Below, one piece after another: positions 17,822 to 34,800 of a stretch of DNA of 64,000 nucleotides; position 1 is the first letter of the stretch, and the number at the start of each line of letters is the position of its first letter. A program made the translations under genes and the position numbers. The DNA comes from Eledone cirrhosa (taxonomy: Eukaryota). Where the stretch lies: positions 1 through 64,000 of the forward strand of contig CAXHJY010001449.1 in NCBI GenBank assembly GCA_964016885.1. The letters run 5' to 3'. Below the pieces are notes generated by a model. The model worked only from the letters and a program-made list of their open reading frames with translations. It had not been told where the DNA came from and searched no databases.

Positions 17822-20039
17822 TTAAAGTGTAAGCAGCACTTTGAAAATTTGTTCTGGATTCTGACATCAATATCAGTCAGTTAAATTGACCCCAATATTT
17901 GACTGATTCTTTATTTTATTTTATTAACCTTGGAAGAATGAAAAGAAAAGTTCATCTTGGTGATATTTGAATTAAAAAAAGTAATGACAACAGCAACAAG
18001 CATTTTATGCCATCTTCCTAGTTAAAGCAGGGGTTAGGCCTTACAGGCTCTATGACAAACTTCCCTATTTTCCCCTATTATCTGCATCCCTTCCACCTTG
18101 CTTCAGAAAAAACGGTTAAATAATTAAATATCTAATAATTTTTGTGGAGCAAGCAATGTCTGACTTGTTTCTTAGGAACACATGCTACTATATTCCATTT
18201 ATTTTTTAACAAACACACTGTTAAAATCTTCAAAATCTTGGTGGTCACAATCTCAGATGGTTTTTTTATGGTGACCCAAGTATCTATATTTTATCCAAGG
18301 CAGCATTCCAAATAATGAGTATTTTTCTTCTTCAGAGCTAGAATATTCTTTTGTTTGTAGTAATTATGTTGCCACTACATTAGAATACTACCTGCATATC
18401 TGGGATAGTGCAGTTACAGCACACATAACTGTTTTAGCCAGCATCCACAAATTACACATTTGCTTGACATTCAATCCTTTAATTTACGAACTCTTTACAA
18501 CTAACTGAAACAAGCATGCTGTGTTTTCTCTTGTCTCTTCTATTGTTAATAACTGTCTATGCACCACTGAACTTGCCAAATGTGTACCACACCCAATACA
18601 CCTTCATTTCCCTCCCAAGCCACCTAGGCAGCCTCTACATAGCTGCTCTACCTGCTAGAAATAATTCCCAAATTCTCCTCAAATCACAAAATCACACCCT
18701 ATTGTCTAAAAAAAAAAGACACTCAGGGATGATCAGAGCCAGAACATCATTGATCGTAGATCTGTCCAGTCGAGGCTGACTTGGGGCTAAACAATAACAA
18801 CATCTCTCATGTCCCTTCTGATTTGCACTTTCATCCCCACTCATCAGATTTCATACTAAGCATTATGTCTAATCCTTTTATCCCAAAGCTGACATCCTCC
18901 GAAATTTCTGTCCTGTTCACATTTTTCTCCCTAAAGATCAACCTGCAAAGATTTTAACTAAACATCAACTATACCAGCTTCACCAATCTGGAAAAACCTG
19001 TAAGGACTAGGTACAATCCATCTGAGATGTTTCCAAACAATTTCCATTTATCCAATTTCACTCGCAAGGCTCAGGTCAACCCGGTGTTGCGATAAGACAT
19101 TTGTCCAAGCTAGTATGAAGTAAAACTGAACCTGATTTTGAAGTGTACATGCTCGTACAATATGCTTGTCCCAAGTACTCAATCACGTATAACATGGTAA
19201 TAAGTTTATTTTAAGACAAAATCCTCACTTGCCTTGTCACAAAAACAACTATTACTTATTAGAATATTTTGTATAAATATCAACGTCATCTGATATTCTA
19301 TTACTGCCTTTTTATTAAACAATTATCACATATTATGTGGTATTTTATGGAAATATCAATGTCATTTGATATTCCAGCTCAGCCATCTCACAAAACACTT
19401 GTTCAATTTAATCTTTTCATTACCATATTTCTAATCAAAGACATGACCTATTATTTTCAATTGATTTTGAAAATAATCAAGAATTTGGTGGGATTTAATA
19501 ATATAACCTTCTCACTATTAAGCTGATGTTTGGAACATAGCATAACAAAAGTTCTTACATAAAATTATGATGGGAAATTTTATATTGTAGAACCAGAAGG
19601 GGCTTCAGGTTGTTTATTATCAAAAAAGGTATTTAATGTCATTTGTGTTTATTTCTTACACTCTTAACCTCTTCAGTGCCATAGACGAGATAACTCATCC
19701 TAACATGTAAGAACCCATTTCCAACAGTTCATAACTTCAAAGCTAGATGGGGTTACTAATTTATTGATGTGACATCTGTCACATCATTCAGATATGTGTT
19801 CTTAATAAGTGTTTGTTTAAAAAAATAGTCATGTAGCTGTGTAAAATATATGCAGCAGTCAACAGATTAAACAAAAGTATAATCTTGTTCAAATTTGGGA
19901 AAATGTTTTATTCTTAATGGTAACCTACATTTACAATAAAAATTGGATGTGTGACCATGGCTAGAAAATATAGTTATTCCTTAGTGCCATGTACCTAAAA
20001 ATGCAGCACTATACAAGGATCATTATTGTTGAGTGTCAA

Positions 20040-20220
20040 ACACCATGCTTTGCAGCATAGAGTTATGGCCCTTTACGTTCTGAGTTCAAATCCAGCCAAG
20101 GTTAGCTTTGCTTTTCATCCCGATGAGGTTGATAAAATAAAGTACCAGTAATGCATTGGGGTCGATTTAATAGACTTTCTCCTCTCTCCAAATTGCTGGC
20201 TTTGTGCCTTGTGCAGAAAT
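20040..20220 (+). mobile_element. tRNA-derived SINE (Meta-domain-like family)
   Basis: ctttacgttctgagttcaaatcc...tttcatcc...gataaaataaagtaccagt...ttgtgcct. Confidence 0.7.
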
Positions 20221-20359
20221 GATATAGTCTAAATAGAGATACTGTCTTGAAAGACTTTTTAATAGTATTATGGACACAAATAAAGATGATAAATATTGCC
20301 AAATGATCATGAAATCCTAAAACTCAATGCTGCACCCAACTAGCATTTATTAATTTGAA

Positions 20360-20760
20360 TACAACTGGCTGAAATGGGTTCCTCTGAAGGGTCTTTGGAG
20401 TAACCTTACTCAATAAAATGCATAGCTTGGAGATCAGAGAATAACTCCAGGTAGAGTCACTACTTTTCTGAATTGATAGATTACATCTCCGATACTATGT
20501 GCATATGGTTAGAATGTCTCAGGAAAGAGTTGCTGGACAGATTTTATGGGCAAAACCAGCCGGCAGGATACCCAGGGGTAGACTCCGAGCAAGATGGTTG
20601 GATAACATCCATGAGCTTGGTTTGTCTTGCTTGAGGGTCCAGCTGGATCAATTGGAGATGATTGCTTCTGACAAGACCAGCCAAAAGGAGTGTTTGAGTA
20701 CTCTGCCCCCACAACCCTCTCAGGAATAAGTGGGCGAAGAAAAATAGCTAGCCTCATATG
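20360..20760 (+). pseudogene. Old RTE LINE C-terminal fragment
   Basis: HMVRMSQERVAGQILW..GRIPRGRLRARWLD matches the RTE C-terminal GH.RM...G.R.RGRP..RW motif. Confidence 0.7.
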
Positions 20761-20949
20761 TTGTGCTGTATGGAATAATAAAATTAGAAAACAAGTTTAA
20801 TTAATTCAGACTTAATGTTATGATGTTATGATAAAATTATGAACTAATTTAAATTAATTAACTTTAATCACTAGTATACAAGCCCTCTCACCATTAATTG
20901 AACAACAGCAGTGAGAAATAGGACAAAAGAGGCTGTATCTGAGAAAAGG

Positions 20950-22235
20950 GAACAAGCTGTGATTCTTCTTCCATACATTGGTTGCTTTTTCTAATGCCAT
21001 CTATATTCTTGAGTTTTCCCTCACAAATATGGTAGCAAGAGATTATGTCTAAAATACCCCTTCTTTGCTTTGGTACTATTTCTTGACCAATTTCCAGTAA
21101 GTCATTCCAGGCTTCTGACCATAGCTTCTTCCAAAACTTTCTCATGCAGTTCTCAGTTACTTTTTATCCCAGGCTTTGTTGATATTATTTATGGCCTTTA
21201 TGATACAGTATTTTTACTAAGGGTCCTGGATAGTTTGTTTAACTTGATAAATTGTATCTTCAGCAAGTTGTTTGAAAAAGCAATGAAGGTAGTAAGCCTT
21301 GACATTAGAAATTATATGTTTATTCATTGGTTGAGTAAGGAAGTGGTGTTTAGTGACGGGTAAACTAATTCAACAGAAATGCAGGTCTGAAGGGTGTTGA
21401 TATTCTAAGTGTGGCCTTAAGTATTATCATCATCATTTTTATGTATACTTTCCATGCTGGCATGAATTGGACGGGTTGTCACAGTTTAAGACCAGGTGTA
21501 ACAGAACAACCTTATCTTGCTCTACATGTTCCATATTTGGCATGATATCTATGGTGGAATGCTCTTCCTAACCCGAACAACTTTACAGAGTGTCCTGGGT
21601 GGATTTAAAAATACTTCCAGCACTAGAGAGGTTGTCATATTTGTCCAGACTGAAGATCTTCTCAGACCCTATATTGTCTCTGTTCACTCACCAAACACTG
21701 TAGTCTCTGGTTTCTTGCCACATTTCTTTTTAATGTTACAGTGATTTTACTGGTAGTTGGATATTTTTTTATTATGGCAAATCACCAGTCAGCACAGTCA
21801 TGTATTATCTACTTCATGAGTTCAGTTGATTTTAGGTTATTCTTCACAACTTCGTCGCATATTTTCCGTGGACTCCCTCTGCCACAGCTTCCATTAATAC
21901 CTTCCATTATAATTTTTGTTGGCCTTGTGCCTAAATCAGAAACCATTATATTCTTTGCAATATTTTTCACTCTTGGACAAGAGTATGACAAAACAAACCA
22001 TTGTGTAAAAATGTCTGTTGTCAGCCAGGCTTTCTTGCTTGATTTCTAAATCACTGGCTGGTATATTGATGAAATTACCCCATTTCTTAACAATATATGA
22101 ACAGTGTCTCAAGGCAGGAACAAGCTGTTTACAAAGTCTCTTCCAGTCTTGAAACAAGAAACTTATATTTTCCTTCTTCTCTGGAGATGAAAGTACAGGA
22201 TGACTTTTTTTTTCCAGAAATAACATGTTTCATCA
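20950..22235 (-). pseudogene. pogo/Tigger-type DDE_1 transposase remnant interrupted by an RTE fragment
   Basis: Collinear minus-strand peptides DETCYFWKK..TFISREE, KAWLTTDIFTQWF, NTTSL.QPM...ISNVKAYY, AINNINKAW, FWKKLW. Confidence 0.7.
21425..21905 (-). mobile_element. RTE 3' end fragment nested in the pogo remnant
   Basis: INGSCGRGSPRKICDEVVKNNL plus diverged 3' UTR and (gat)n tail. Confidence 0.6.
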
Positions 22236-22809
22236 TCATCACACCCACCACCATCACCATCACCACCACCATTTAATCTCCTTTTTTCCTGCTAGCAAGG
22301 GTTGGACAGGTTATCACAGGCTGAGTCAATACTTAAATGGGCTGGGGTCCTGCATCTCACAATACATTCCCACACCCTACCAAGGAGGAGCAGTATTATG
22401 ACAGTTCTTTTTTAAATATTTGAACTTCACTTAAACATACACATTTACACACACACACATCTATATGCACACATACATACACACACTATCCATATCTGAA
22501 TTTAATGAAACATGTCATTAGTTGTGACAGGTTTTATATCATATCTCTTCTTCACCCCACCCCACCCTCCTCCACTTCACAAAACTTCACCCATAGGTAT
22601 TACAGATATAATATGGTGTAGGGAGTCTGTACATAGTTGTTCTACCTGCTAGAAATAGCTGTCAAATCACCCCAAATCACCCCTCTTCCCTGTCTTAAAA
22701 AAAGGAATGACCCACATGAAATATGTCATTTTATATTACAGGTCTACTTGATGATAGCTGACCTAGGGTTAAACAGCAACACAATTCTCCTCATACATGT
22801 TGCATACCC

Positions 22810-25800
22810 CCACCACTGTCTCCTCCACCACTACATACACTAACACCACTATCACCTCTACCACTACAACAACACCACCACTACAGCTACCACCTCCACT
22901 ACAACCACACCGCCACTGCAATCATCACCACTATCACCTCTACGACTGCAGCCATCACCACTGCTACAACCACCACCACTATCACCTCTACCACCACAAC
23001 CACACTACCACTGCAACCATCACCACTGCTACAACCACCTCCACTATCACCTCTACCACTACAACCACCTCTACCACTGCAGCCATCACCACCGCTACAA
23101 CCACGACCAGTGTCACCTCTACCACTACAGCCATCATCGCTATTACCTTTACCACTACATCCACCACCTCTACCACTACAACCACACCACCACTGCAGCC
23201 ATCACTGCCACTACAACCACCACCACTATCACCTCTACCACTATAACCACCATCACTATCACCTCTACCACTGCAATCACACCACCACTGCCACTACAAC
23301 CACCACCACTATCACCTCTACCACTGCAACCACACCATCACTGCCACTACAACCACCACCACTATCACCTCTACCACTACAACCACACCATCACTGCCAC
23401 TACAACCACCACCACTATCACCTCACCATCACTGCCACTACAACCACAACCACTATCACCTCTACCATTACAACCACACCATCACTGCCACTACAACCAC
23501 CACCACTATCATCTCTATCACTACAACCACACCATCACTGCCACTACAACCACCACCACTATCACCTCTACCACTGCAACCACACCATCACTGCCACTAC
23601 AACCACCATCACTATCACCTCTACCACTACAACCACACCATCACTGCCACTACAACCACCATCACTATCACCTCTACCACTACAACCACACCATCACTGC
23701 CACTACAACCACCACCACTATCACCTCTACCACTGCAACCACACCATCACTGCCACTACAACCACCACCACTATCACCTCTACCACTGCAACCACACCAT
23801 CACTGCCACTACAACCACCATCACTATCACCTCTACCACTACAACCACACCATCACTGCCACTACAACCACCACCACTATCACCTCTACCACTGCAACCA
23901 CACCATCACTGCCACTACAACCACCACCACTATCACCTCTACCACTGCAACCACACCACCACTGCCACTACAACCACCACCACTATCACCTCTACCACTA
24001 CAACCACACCACCACTGCCACTACAACCACCACCACTATCACCTCTACCACTACAACCACACCACCACTGCCACTACAACCACCACCACTATCACCTCTA
24101 CCACTACAACCACACCACCACTGCCACTACAACCACCACCACTATCACCTCTACCACTGCAACCACACCATCACTGCCACTACAACCACCACCACTATCA
24201 CCTCTACCACTGCAACCACACCACCACTGCCACTACAACCACCACCACTATCACCTCTACCACTACAACCACACCACCACTGCCACTCAACCACCACCAC
24301 TATCACCTCTACCACTGCAACCACACCATCACTGCCACTACAACCACCACCACTATCACCTCTACCACTACAACCACACCACCACTGCCACTACAACCAC
24401 CACCACTATCACCTCTACCACTGCAACCACACCATCACTGCCACTACAACCACCACCACTATCACCTCTACCACTGCAACCACACCATCACTGCCACTAC
24501 AACCACCACCACTATCACCTCTACCACTGCAACCACACCATCACTGCCACTACAACCACCACCACTATCACCTCTACCACTATAACCACCACCACTATCA
24601 CCTCTACCACTGCAACCACACCATCACTGCCACTACAACCACCACCATTATCACCTCTACCACTATAACCACCACCACTATCACCTCTACCACTGCAACC
24701 ACACCATCACTGCCACTACAACCACCACCACTATCACCTCTACCACTGCAACCACTACCACCACTGCCACTACAACCACCACCACTATCACCTCTACCAC
24801 TACAACCACACCACCACTGCCACTACAACCACCACCACTATCACCTCTACCACTACAACCACACCACCACTGCCACTACAACCACCACCACTATCACCTC
24901 TACCACTACAACCACACCACCACTGCCACTACAACCACAACCACTATCACCTCTACCACTACAACCACACCATCACTGCCACTACAACCACCACCACTAT
25001 CACCTCTACCACTACAACCACACCACCACTGCCACTACAACCACCACCACTATCACCTCTACCACTACAACCACACCACCACTGCCACTACAACCACAAC
25101 CACTATCACCTCTACCACTACAACCACACCATCACTGCCACTACAACCACCATCACTATCACCTCTACCACTGCAACCACACCACCACTGCCACTACAAC
25201 CACCACCACTATCACCTCTACCACTGCAACCACACCATCACTGCCACTACAACCACCACCACTATCACCTCTACCACTGCAACCACACCACCACTGCCAC
25301 TACAACCACCACCACTATCACCTCTACCACTGCAACCACACCACCACTGCCACTACAACCACCACCACTATCATCTCTACCACTACAACCACACCATCAC
25401 TGCCACTACAACCACCACCACTATCACCTCTACCACTGCAACCACACCACCACTGCCCCTACAACCACCACCACTATCACCTCTACCACTACAACCACAC
25501 CATCACTGCCACTACAACCACCACCACTATCACCTCTACCACTGCAACCACACCACCACTGCCACTACAACCACCACCACTATCACCTCTACCACTACAA
25601 CCACACCATCACTGCCACTACAACCACCACCACTATCACCTCTACCACTGCAACCACACCATCACTGCCACTACAACCACCACCACTATCATCACTACCA
25701 CTGCAACCACACCATCACTGCCACTACAACCACCACCACTATCACCTCTACCACTATAACCACCACACTGCCACTACAACCATCACCACTATCACCTCTA

Positions 25801-28800
25801 CCACTGCAACCACACCATCACTGCCACTACAACCACCACCACTATCACCTCTACCACTGCAACCACACCATCACTGCCACTACAACCACCACCACTATCA
25901 CCTCTACCACTATAACCACCACCACTGCCACTACAACCACCACCACTATCACCTCTACCACTGCAACCACGCCATCACTGCCACTACAACCACCACCACT
26001 ATCACCTCTACCACTTCAACCACACCATCACTGCCACTACAACCACCACCACTATCACCTCTACCACTGCAACCACACCACCACTGCCACTACAACCACC
26101 ACCACTATCACCTCTACCACTGCAACCACACCACCACTGCCACTACAACCACAACCACTGCAACCACACCATCACTACAACCACCACCACTATCACCTCT
26201 ACCACTGCAACCACACCATCACTGCCACTACAACCACCACCACTATCACCTCTACCACTGCAACCACACCATCACTGCCACTACAACCACCACCACTATC
26301 ACCTCTACCACTGCAACCACTACCACCACTGCCACTACAACCACCACCATTATCACCTCTAACACTACAACCACACCACCACTGCCACTACAACCACCAC
26401 CACTATCATCTCTATCACTACAACCACACCACCACTGCCACTACAACCACCATCACTATCACCTCTACCACTGCAACCACACCATCACTGCCACTACAAC
26501 CACCACCACTATCACCTCTACCACTGCAACCACACCATCACTGCCACTACAACCACCACCACTATCATCTCTATCACTACAACCACACCATCACTGCCAC
26601 TACAACCACCACCACTATCATCTCTACCACTGCAACCACACCACCACTGCCACTACAACCACCATCACTATCACCTCTACCACTGCAACCACACCATCAC
26701 TGTCACTACAACCACCACCACTATCACCTCTACCACTGCAACCACACCATCACTGCCACTACAACCACCACCACTATCATCTCTATCACTACAACCACAC
26801 CATCACTGCCACTACAACCACCACCACTATCATCTCTACCACTGCAACCACACCACCTCTGCCACTACAACCACCATCACTATCACCTCTACCACTGCAA
26901 CCACACCATCACTGCCACTACAACCACCACCACTATCACCTCTACCACTGCAACCACACCATCACTGCCACTACAACCACCACCACTATCATCTCTATCA
27001 CTACAACCACACCATCACTGCCACTACAACCACCACCACTATCATCTCTACCACTGCAACCACACCATCACTGCCACTACAACCACCACCACTATCATCT
27101 CTATCACTACAACCACACCATCACTGCCACTACAACCACCACCACTATCATCTCTACCACTGCAACCACACCACCACTGCCACTACAACCACCATCACTA
27201 TCACCTCTACCACTGCAACCACACCATCACTGCCACTACAACCACCACCACTATCACCTCTACCACTGCAACCACACCATCACTGCCACTACAACCACCA
27301 CCACTATCATCTCTATCACTACAACCACACCATCACTGCCACTACAACCACCACCGCTATCATCTCTACCACTGCAACCACACCATCACTGCCACTACAA
27401 CCACCACCACTATCATCTCTATCACTACAACCACACCATCACTGCCACTACAACCACCACCACTATCACCTCTACCACTACAACCACACCATCACTGCCA
27501 CTACAACCACCACCACTATCACCTCTACCACTACAACCACACCATCACTGCCACTACAACCACCACCACTATCATCTCTACCACTGCAACCACACCACCA
27601 CTGCCACTACAACCACCACCACTATCATCTCTATCACTACAACCACACCATCACTGCCACTACAACCACCACCGCTATCATCTCTACCACTGCAACCACA
27701 CCATCACTGCCACTACAACCACCACCACTATCATCTCTATCACTACAACCACACCATCACTGCCACTACAACCACCACCACTATCACCTCTACCACTACA
27801 ACCACACCATCACTGCCACTACAACCACCACCACTATCACCTCTACCACTACAACCACACCATCACTGCCACTACAACCACCACCACTATCATCTCTACC
27901 ACTGCAACCACACCACCACTGCCACTACAACCACCACCACTATCATCTCTATCACTACAACCACACCATCACTGCCACTACAACCACCACCACTATCACC
28001 TCTACCACTACAACCACACCATCACTGCCACTACAACCACCACCACTATTACCTCTACCACTACAACCACACCATCACTGCCACGACAACCACCACCACT
28101 ATCATCTCTACCACTGCAACCACACCACCACTGCCACTACAACCACCACCACTATCATCTCTATCACTACAACCACACCATCACTGCCACTACAACCACC
28201 ATCACTATCACCTCTACCACTGCAACCACACCATCACTGCCACTACAACCACCACCACTATCACCTCTACCACTACAACCACACCATCACTGCCACTACA
28301 ACCACCACCACTATCACCTCTACCACTACAACCACACCATCACTGCCACTACAACCACAACCACTATCACCTCTACCACTGCAACCACACCACCACTGCC
28401 ACTACAACCACCACCACTATCACCTCTACCACTGCAACCACACCACCACTGCCACTACAACCACCACCACTATCACCTCTACCACTACAACCACACCATC
28501 ACTGCCACTACAACCACCACCACTATCACCTCTACCACTGCAACCACACCATCACTGCCACTACAACCACCACCACTATCACCTCTACCACTGCAACCAC
28601 ACCATCACTGCCACTACAACCACCACCACTATCACCTCTACCACTGCAACCACACCATCACTGCCACTACAACCACCACCACTATCACCTCTACCACTGC
28701 AACCACACCATCACTGCCACTACAACCACCACCACTATCACCTCTACCACTGCAACCACTACCACCACTGCCACTACAACCACCACCACTATCACCTCTA

Positions 28801-31800
28801 CCACTACAACCACACCACCACTGCCACTACAACCACCACCACTATCATCTCTATCACTACAACCACACCACCACTGCCACTACAACCACCATCACTATCA
28901 CCTCTACCACTGCAACCACACCATCACTGCCACTACAACCACCACCACTATCACCTCTACCACTGCAACCACACCATCACTGCCACTACAACCACCACCA
29001 CTATCATCTCTATCACTACAACCACACCATCACTGCCACTACAACCACCACCACTATCATCTCTACCACTGCAACCACACCACCACTGCCACTACAACCA
29101 CCATCACTATCACCTCTACCACTGCAACCACACCATCACTGCCACTACAACCACCACCACTATCACCTCTACCACTGCAACCACACCATCACTGCCACTA
29201 CAACCACCACCACTATCATCTCTATCACTACAACCACACCATCACTGCCACTACAACCACCACCACTATCACCTCTACCACTGCAACCACACCACCACTG
29301 CCACTACAACCACCATCACTATCACCTCTACCACTGCAACCACACCATCACTGCCACTACAACCACCACCACTATCACCTCTACCACTGCAACCACACCA
29401 TCACTGCCACTACAACCACCACCACTATCATCTCTATCACTACAACCACACCATCACTGCCACTACAACCACCACCACTATCATCTCTACCACTGCAATC
29501 ACACCACCACTGCCACTACAACCACCACCACTATCATCTCTATCACTACAACCACACCATCACTGCCACTACAACCACCATCACTATCACCTCTACCACT
29601 GCAACCACACCATCACTGCCACTACAACCACCACCACTATCACCTCTACCACTACAACCACACCATCACTGCTACTACAACCACCACCACTATCACCTCT
29701 ACCACTACAACCACACCATCACTGCCACTACAACCACAACCACTGTCACCTCTACCACTGCAACCACACCACCACTGCCACTACAACCACCACCACTATC
29801 ACCTCTACCACTACAACCACACCATCACTGCCACTACAACCACAACCACTATCACCTCTACCACTGCAACCACACCATCACTGCCACTACAACCACCACC
29901 ACTATCACCTCTACCACTGCAACCACACCATCACTGCCACTACAACCACCACCACTATCACCTCTACCACTACAACCACCACCACTATCACCTCTACCAC
30001 TGCAACCACACCATCACTGCCACTACAACCACCACCACTATCACCTCTACCACTGCAACCACACCATCACTGCCACTACAACCACCACCACTATCACCTC
30101 TACCACTGCAACCACACCACCACTGCCACTACAACCACCACCACTATCACCTCTACCACTACAACCACACCATCACTGCCACTACAACCACCACCACTAT
30201 CACCTCTACCACTACAACCACCACCACTATCACCTCTACCACTGCAACCACACCATCACTGCCACTACAACCACCACCACTATCACCTCTACCACTGCAA
30301 CCACACCATCACTGCCACTACAACCACCACCACTATCACCTCTACCACTGCAACCACACCACCACTGCCACTACAACCACCACCACTATCACCTCTACCA
30401 CTACAACCACACCATCACTGCCACTACAACCACCACCACTATCACCTCTACCACTGCAACCACACCATCACTGCCACTACAACCACCACCACTATCACCT
30501 CTACCACTGCAACCACACCATCACTGCCACTACAACCACCACCACTATCACCTCTACCACTGCAACCACACCATCACTGCCACTACAACCACCACCACTA
30601 TCACCTCTACCACTGCAACCACACCATCACTGCCACTACAACCACCACCACTATCACCTCTACCACTGCAACCACTACCACCACTGCCACTACAACCACC
30701 ACCACTATCACCTCTACCACTACAACCACACCACCACTGCCACTACAACCACCACCACTATCATCTCTATCACTACAACCACACCACCACTGCCACTACA
30801 ACCACCATCACTATCACCTCTACCACTGCAACCACACCATCACTGCCACTACAACCACCACCACTATCACCTCTACCACTGCAACCACACCATCACTGCC
30901 ACTACAACCACCACCACTATCATCTCTATCACTACAACCACACCATCACTGCCACTACAACCACCACCACTATCACCTCTACCACTGCAACCACACCATC
31001 ACTGCCACTACAACCACCACCACTATCACCTCTACCACTGCAACCACACCATCACTGCCACTACAACCACCACCACTATCATCTCTATCACTACAACCAC
31101 ACCATCACTGCCACTACAACCACCACCACTATCATCTCTACCACTGCAACCACACCACCACTGCCACTACAACCACCATCACTATCACCTCTACCACTGC
31201 AACCACACCATCACTGCCACTACAACCACCACCACTATCACCTCTACCACTGCAACCACACCATCACTGCCACTACAACCACCACCACTATCATCTCTAT
31301 CACTACAACCACACCATCACTGCCACTACAACCACCACCACTATCATCTCTACCACTGCAACCACACCATCACTGCCACTACAACCACCACCACTATCAC
31401 CTCTACCACTGCAACCACACCACCACTGCCACTACAACCACCACCACTATCACCTCTACCACTACAACCACACCATCACTGCCACTACAACCACCACCAC
31501 TATCACCTCTACCACTACAACCACCACCACTATCACCTCTATCACTACAACCACACCATCACTGCCACTACAACCACCACCACTATCATCTCTACCACTG
31601 CAACCACACCATCACTGCCACTACAACCACCACCACTATCACCTCTACCACTATAACCACCACCACTGCCACTACAACCACCACCACTATCACCTCTACC
31701 ACTGCAACCACGCCATCACTGCCACTACAACCACCACCACTATCACCTCTACCACTGCAACCACACCATCACTGCCACTACAACCACCACCACTATCACC

Positions 31801-34800
31801 TCTACCACTGCAACCACACCATCACTGCCACTACAACCACCACCACTATCACCTCTACCACTGCAACCACTACCACCGCTGCCACTACAACCACCACCAT
31901 TATCACCTCTAACACTACAACCACACCACCACTGCCACTACAACCACCACCACTATCATCTCTATCACTACAACCACACCACCACTGCCACTACAACCAC
32001 CATCACTATCACCTCTACCACTGCAACCACACCATCACTGCCACTACAACCACCACCACTATCACCTCTACCACTGCAACCACACCATCACTGCCACTAC
32101 AACCACCACCACTATCATCTCTATCACTACAACCACACCATCACTGCCACTACAACCACCACCACTATCATCTCTACCACTGCAACCACACCACCACTGC
32201 CACTACAACCACCATCACTATCACCTCTACCACTGCAACCACACCATCACTGTCACTACAACCACCACCACTATCACCTCTACCACTGCAACCACACCAT
32301 CACTGCCACTACAACCACCACCACTATCATCTCTATCACTACAACCACACCATCACTGCCACTACAACCACCACCACTATCATCTCTACCACTGCAACCA
32401 CACCACCTCTGCCACTACAACCACCATCACTATCACCTCTACCACTGCAACCACACCATCACTGCCACTACAACCACCACCACTATCACCTCTACCACTG
32501 CAACCACACCATCACTGCCACTACAACCACCACCACTATCATCTCTATCACTACAACCACACCATCACTGCCACTACAACCACCACCACTATCATCTCTA
32601 CCACTGCAACCACACCATCACTGCCACTACAACCACCACCACTATCATCTCTATCACTACAACCACACCATCACTGCCACTACAACCACCACCACTATCA
32701 TCTCTACCACTGCAACCACACCACCACTGCCACTACAACCACCATCACTATCACCTCTACCACTGCAACCACACCATCACTGCCACTACAACCACCACCA
32801 CTATCACCTCTACCACTGCAACCACACCATCACTGCCACTACAACCACCACCACTATCATCTCTATCACTACAACCACACCATCACTGCCACTACAACCA
32901 CCACCGCTATCATCTCTACCACTGCAACCACACCATCACTGCCACTACAACCACCACCACTATCATCTCTATCACTACAACCACACCATCACTGCCACTA
33001 CAACCACCACCACTATCACCTCTACCACTACAACCACACCATCACTGCCACTACAACCACCACCACTATCACCTCTACCACTACAACCACACCATCACTG
33101 CCACTACAACCACCACCACTATCATCTCTACCACTGCAACCACACCACCACTGCCACTACAACCACCACCACTATCATCTCTATCACTACAACCACACCA
33201 TCACTGCCACTACAACCACCACCGCTATCATCTCTACCACTGCAACCACACCATCACTGCCACTACAACCACCACCACTATCATCTGTATCACTACAACC
33301 ACACCATCACTGCCACTACAACCACCACCACTATCACCTCTACCACTACAACCACACCATCACTGCCACTACAACCACCACCACTATCACCTCTACCACT
33401 ACAACCACACCATCACTGCCACTACAACCACCACCACTATCATCTCTACCACTGCAACCACACCACCACTGCCACTACAACCACCACCACTATCATCTCT
33501 ATCACTACAACCACACCATCACTGCCACTACAACCACCACCGCTATCATCTCTACCACTGCAACCACACCATCACTGCCACTACAACCACCACCACTATC
33601 ATCTCTATCACTACAACCACACCATCACTGCCACTACAACCACCACCACTATCACCTCTACCACTACAACCACACCATCACTGCCACTACAACCACCACC
33701 ACTATTACCTCTACCACTACAACCACACCATCACTGCCACGACAACCACCACCACTATCATCTCTACCACTGCAACCACACCACCACTGCCACTACAACC
33801 ACCACCACTATCATCTCTATCACTACAACCACACCATCACTGCCACTACAACCACCATCACTATCACCTCTACCACTGCAACCACACCATCACTGCCACT
33901 ACAACCACCACCACTATCACCTCTACCACTACAACCACACCATCACTGCCACTACAACCACCACCACTATCACCTCTACCACTACAACCACACCATCACT
34001 GCCACTACAACCACAACCACTATCACCTCTACCACTGCAACCACACCACCACTGCCACTACAACCACCACCACTATCACCTCTACCACTGCAACCACACC
34101 ACCACTGCCACTACAACCACCACCACTATCACCTCTACCACTACAACCACACCATCACTGCCACTACAACCACCACCACTATCACCTCTACCACTGCAAC
34201 CACACCATCACTGCCACTACAACCACCACCACTATCACCTCTACCACTGCAACCACACCATCACTGCCACTACAACCACCACCACTATCACCTCTACCAC
34301 TGCAACCACACCATCACTGCCACTACAACCACCACCACTATCACCTCTACCACTGCAACCACACCATCACTGCCACTACAACCACCACCACTATCACCTC
34401 TACCACTGCAACCACTACCACCACTGCCACTACAACCACCACCACTATCACCTCTACCACTACAACCACACCACCACTGCCACTACAACCACCACCACTA
34501 TCATCTCTATCACTACAACCACACCACCACTGCCACTACAACCACCATCACTATCACCTCTACCACTGCAACCACACCATCACTGCCACTACAACCACCA
34601 CCACTATCACCTCTACCACTGCAACCACACCATCACTGCCACTACAACCACCACCACTATCATCTCTATCACTACAACCACACCATCACTGCCACTACAA
34701 CCACCACCACTATCATCTCTACCACTGCAACCACACCACCACTGCCACTACAACCACCATCACTATCACCTCTACCACTGCAACCACACCATCACTGCCA

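Noticed and set aside
18130-18520. Possible old LINE RT fragment (KYRYLG on minus strand)
   Set aside because: A single short motif without supporting collinear blocks.
23110-24585. 491-aa mucin-like or His-rich ORF
   Set aside because: The 53-bp period is not a multiple of 3, so the frame rotates each unit; no ATG or splice evidence.
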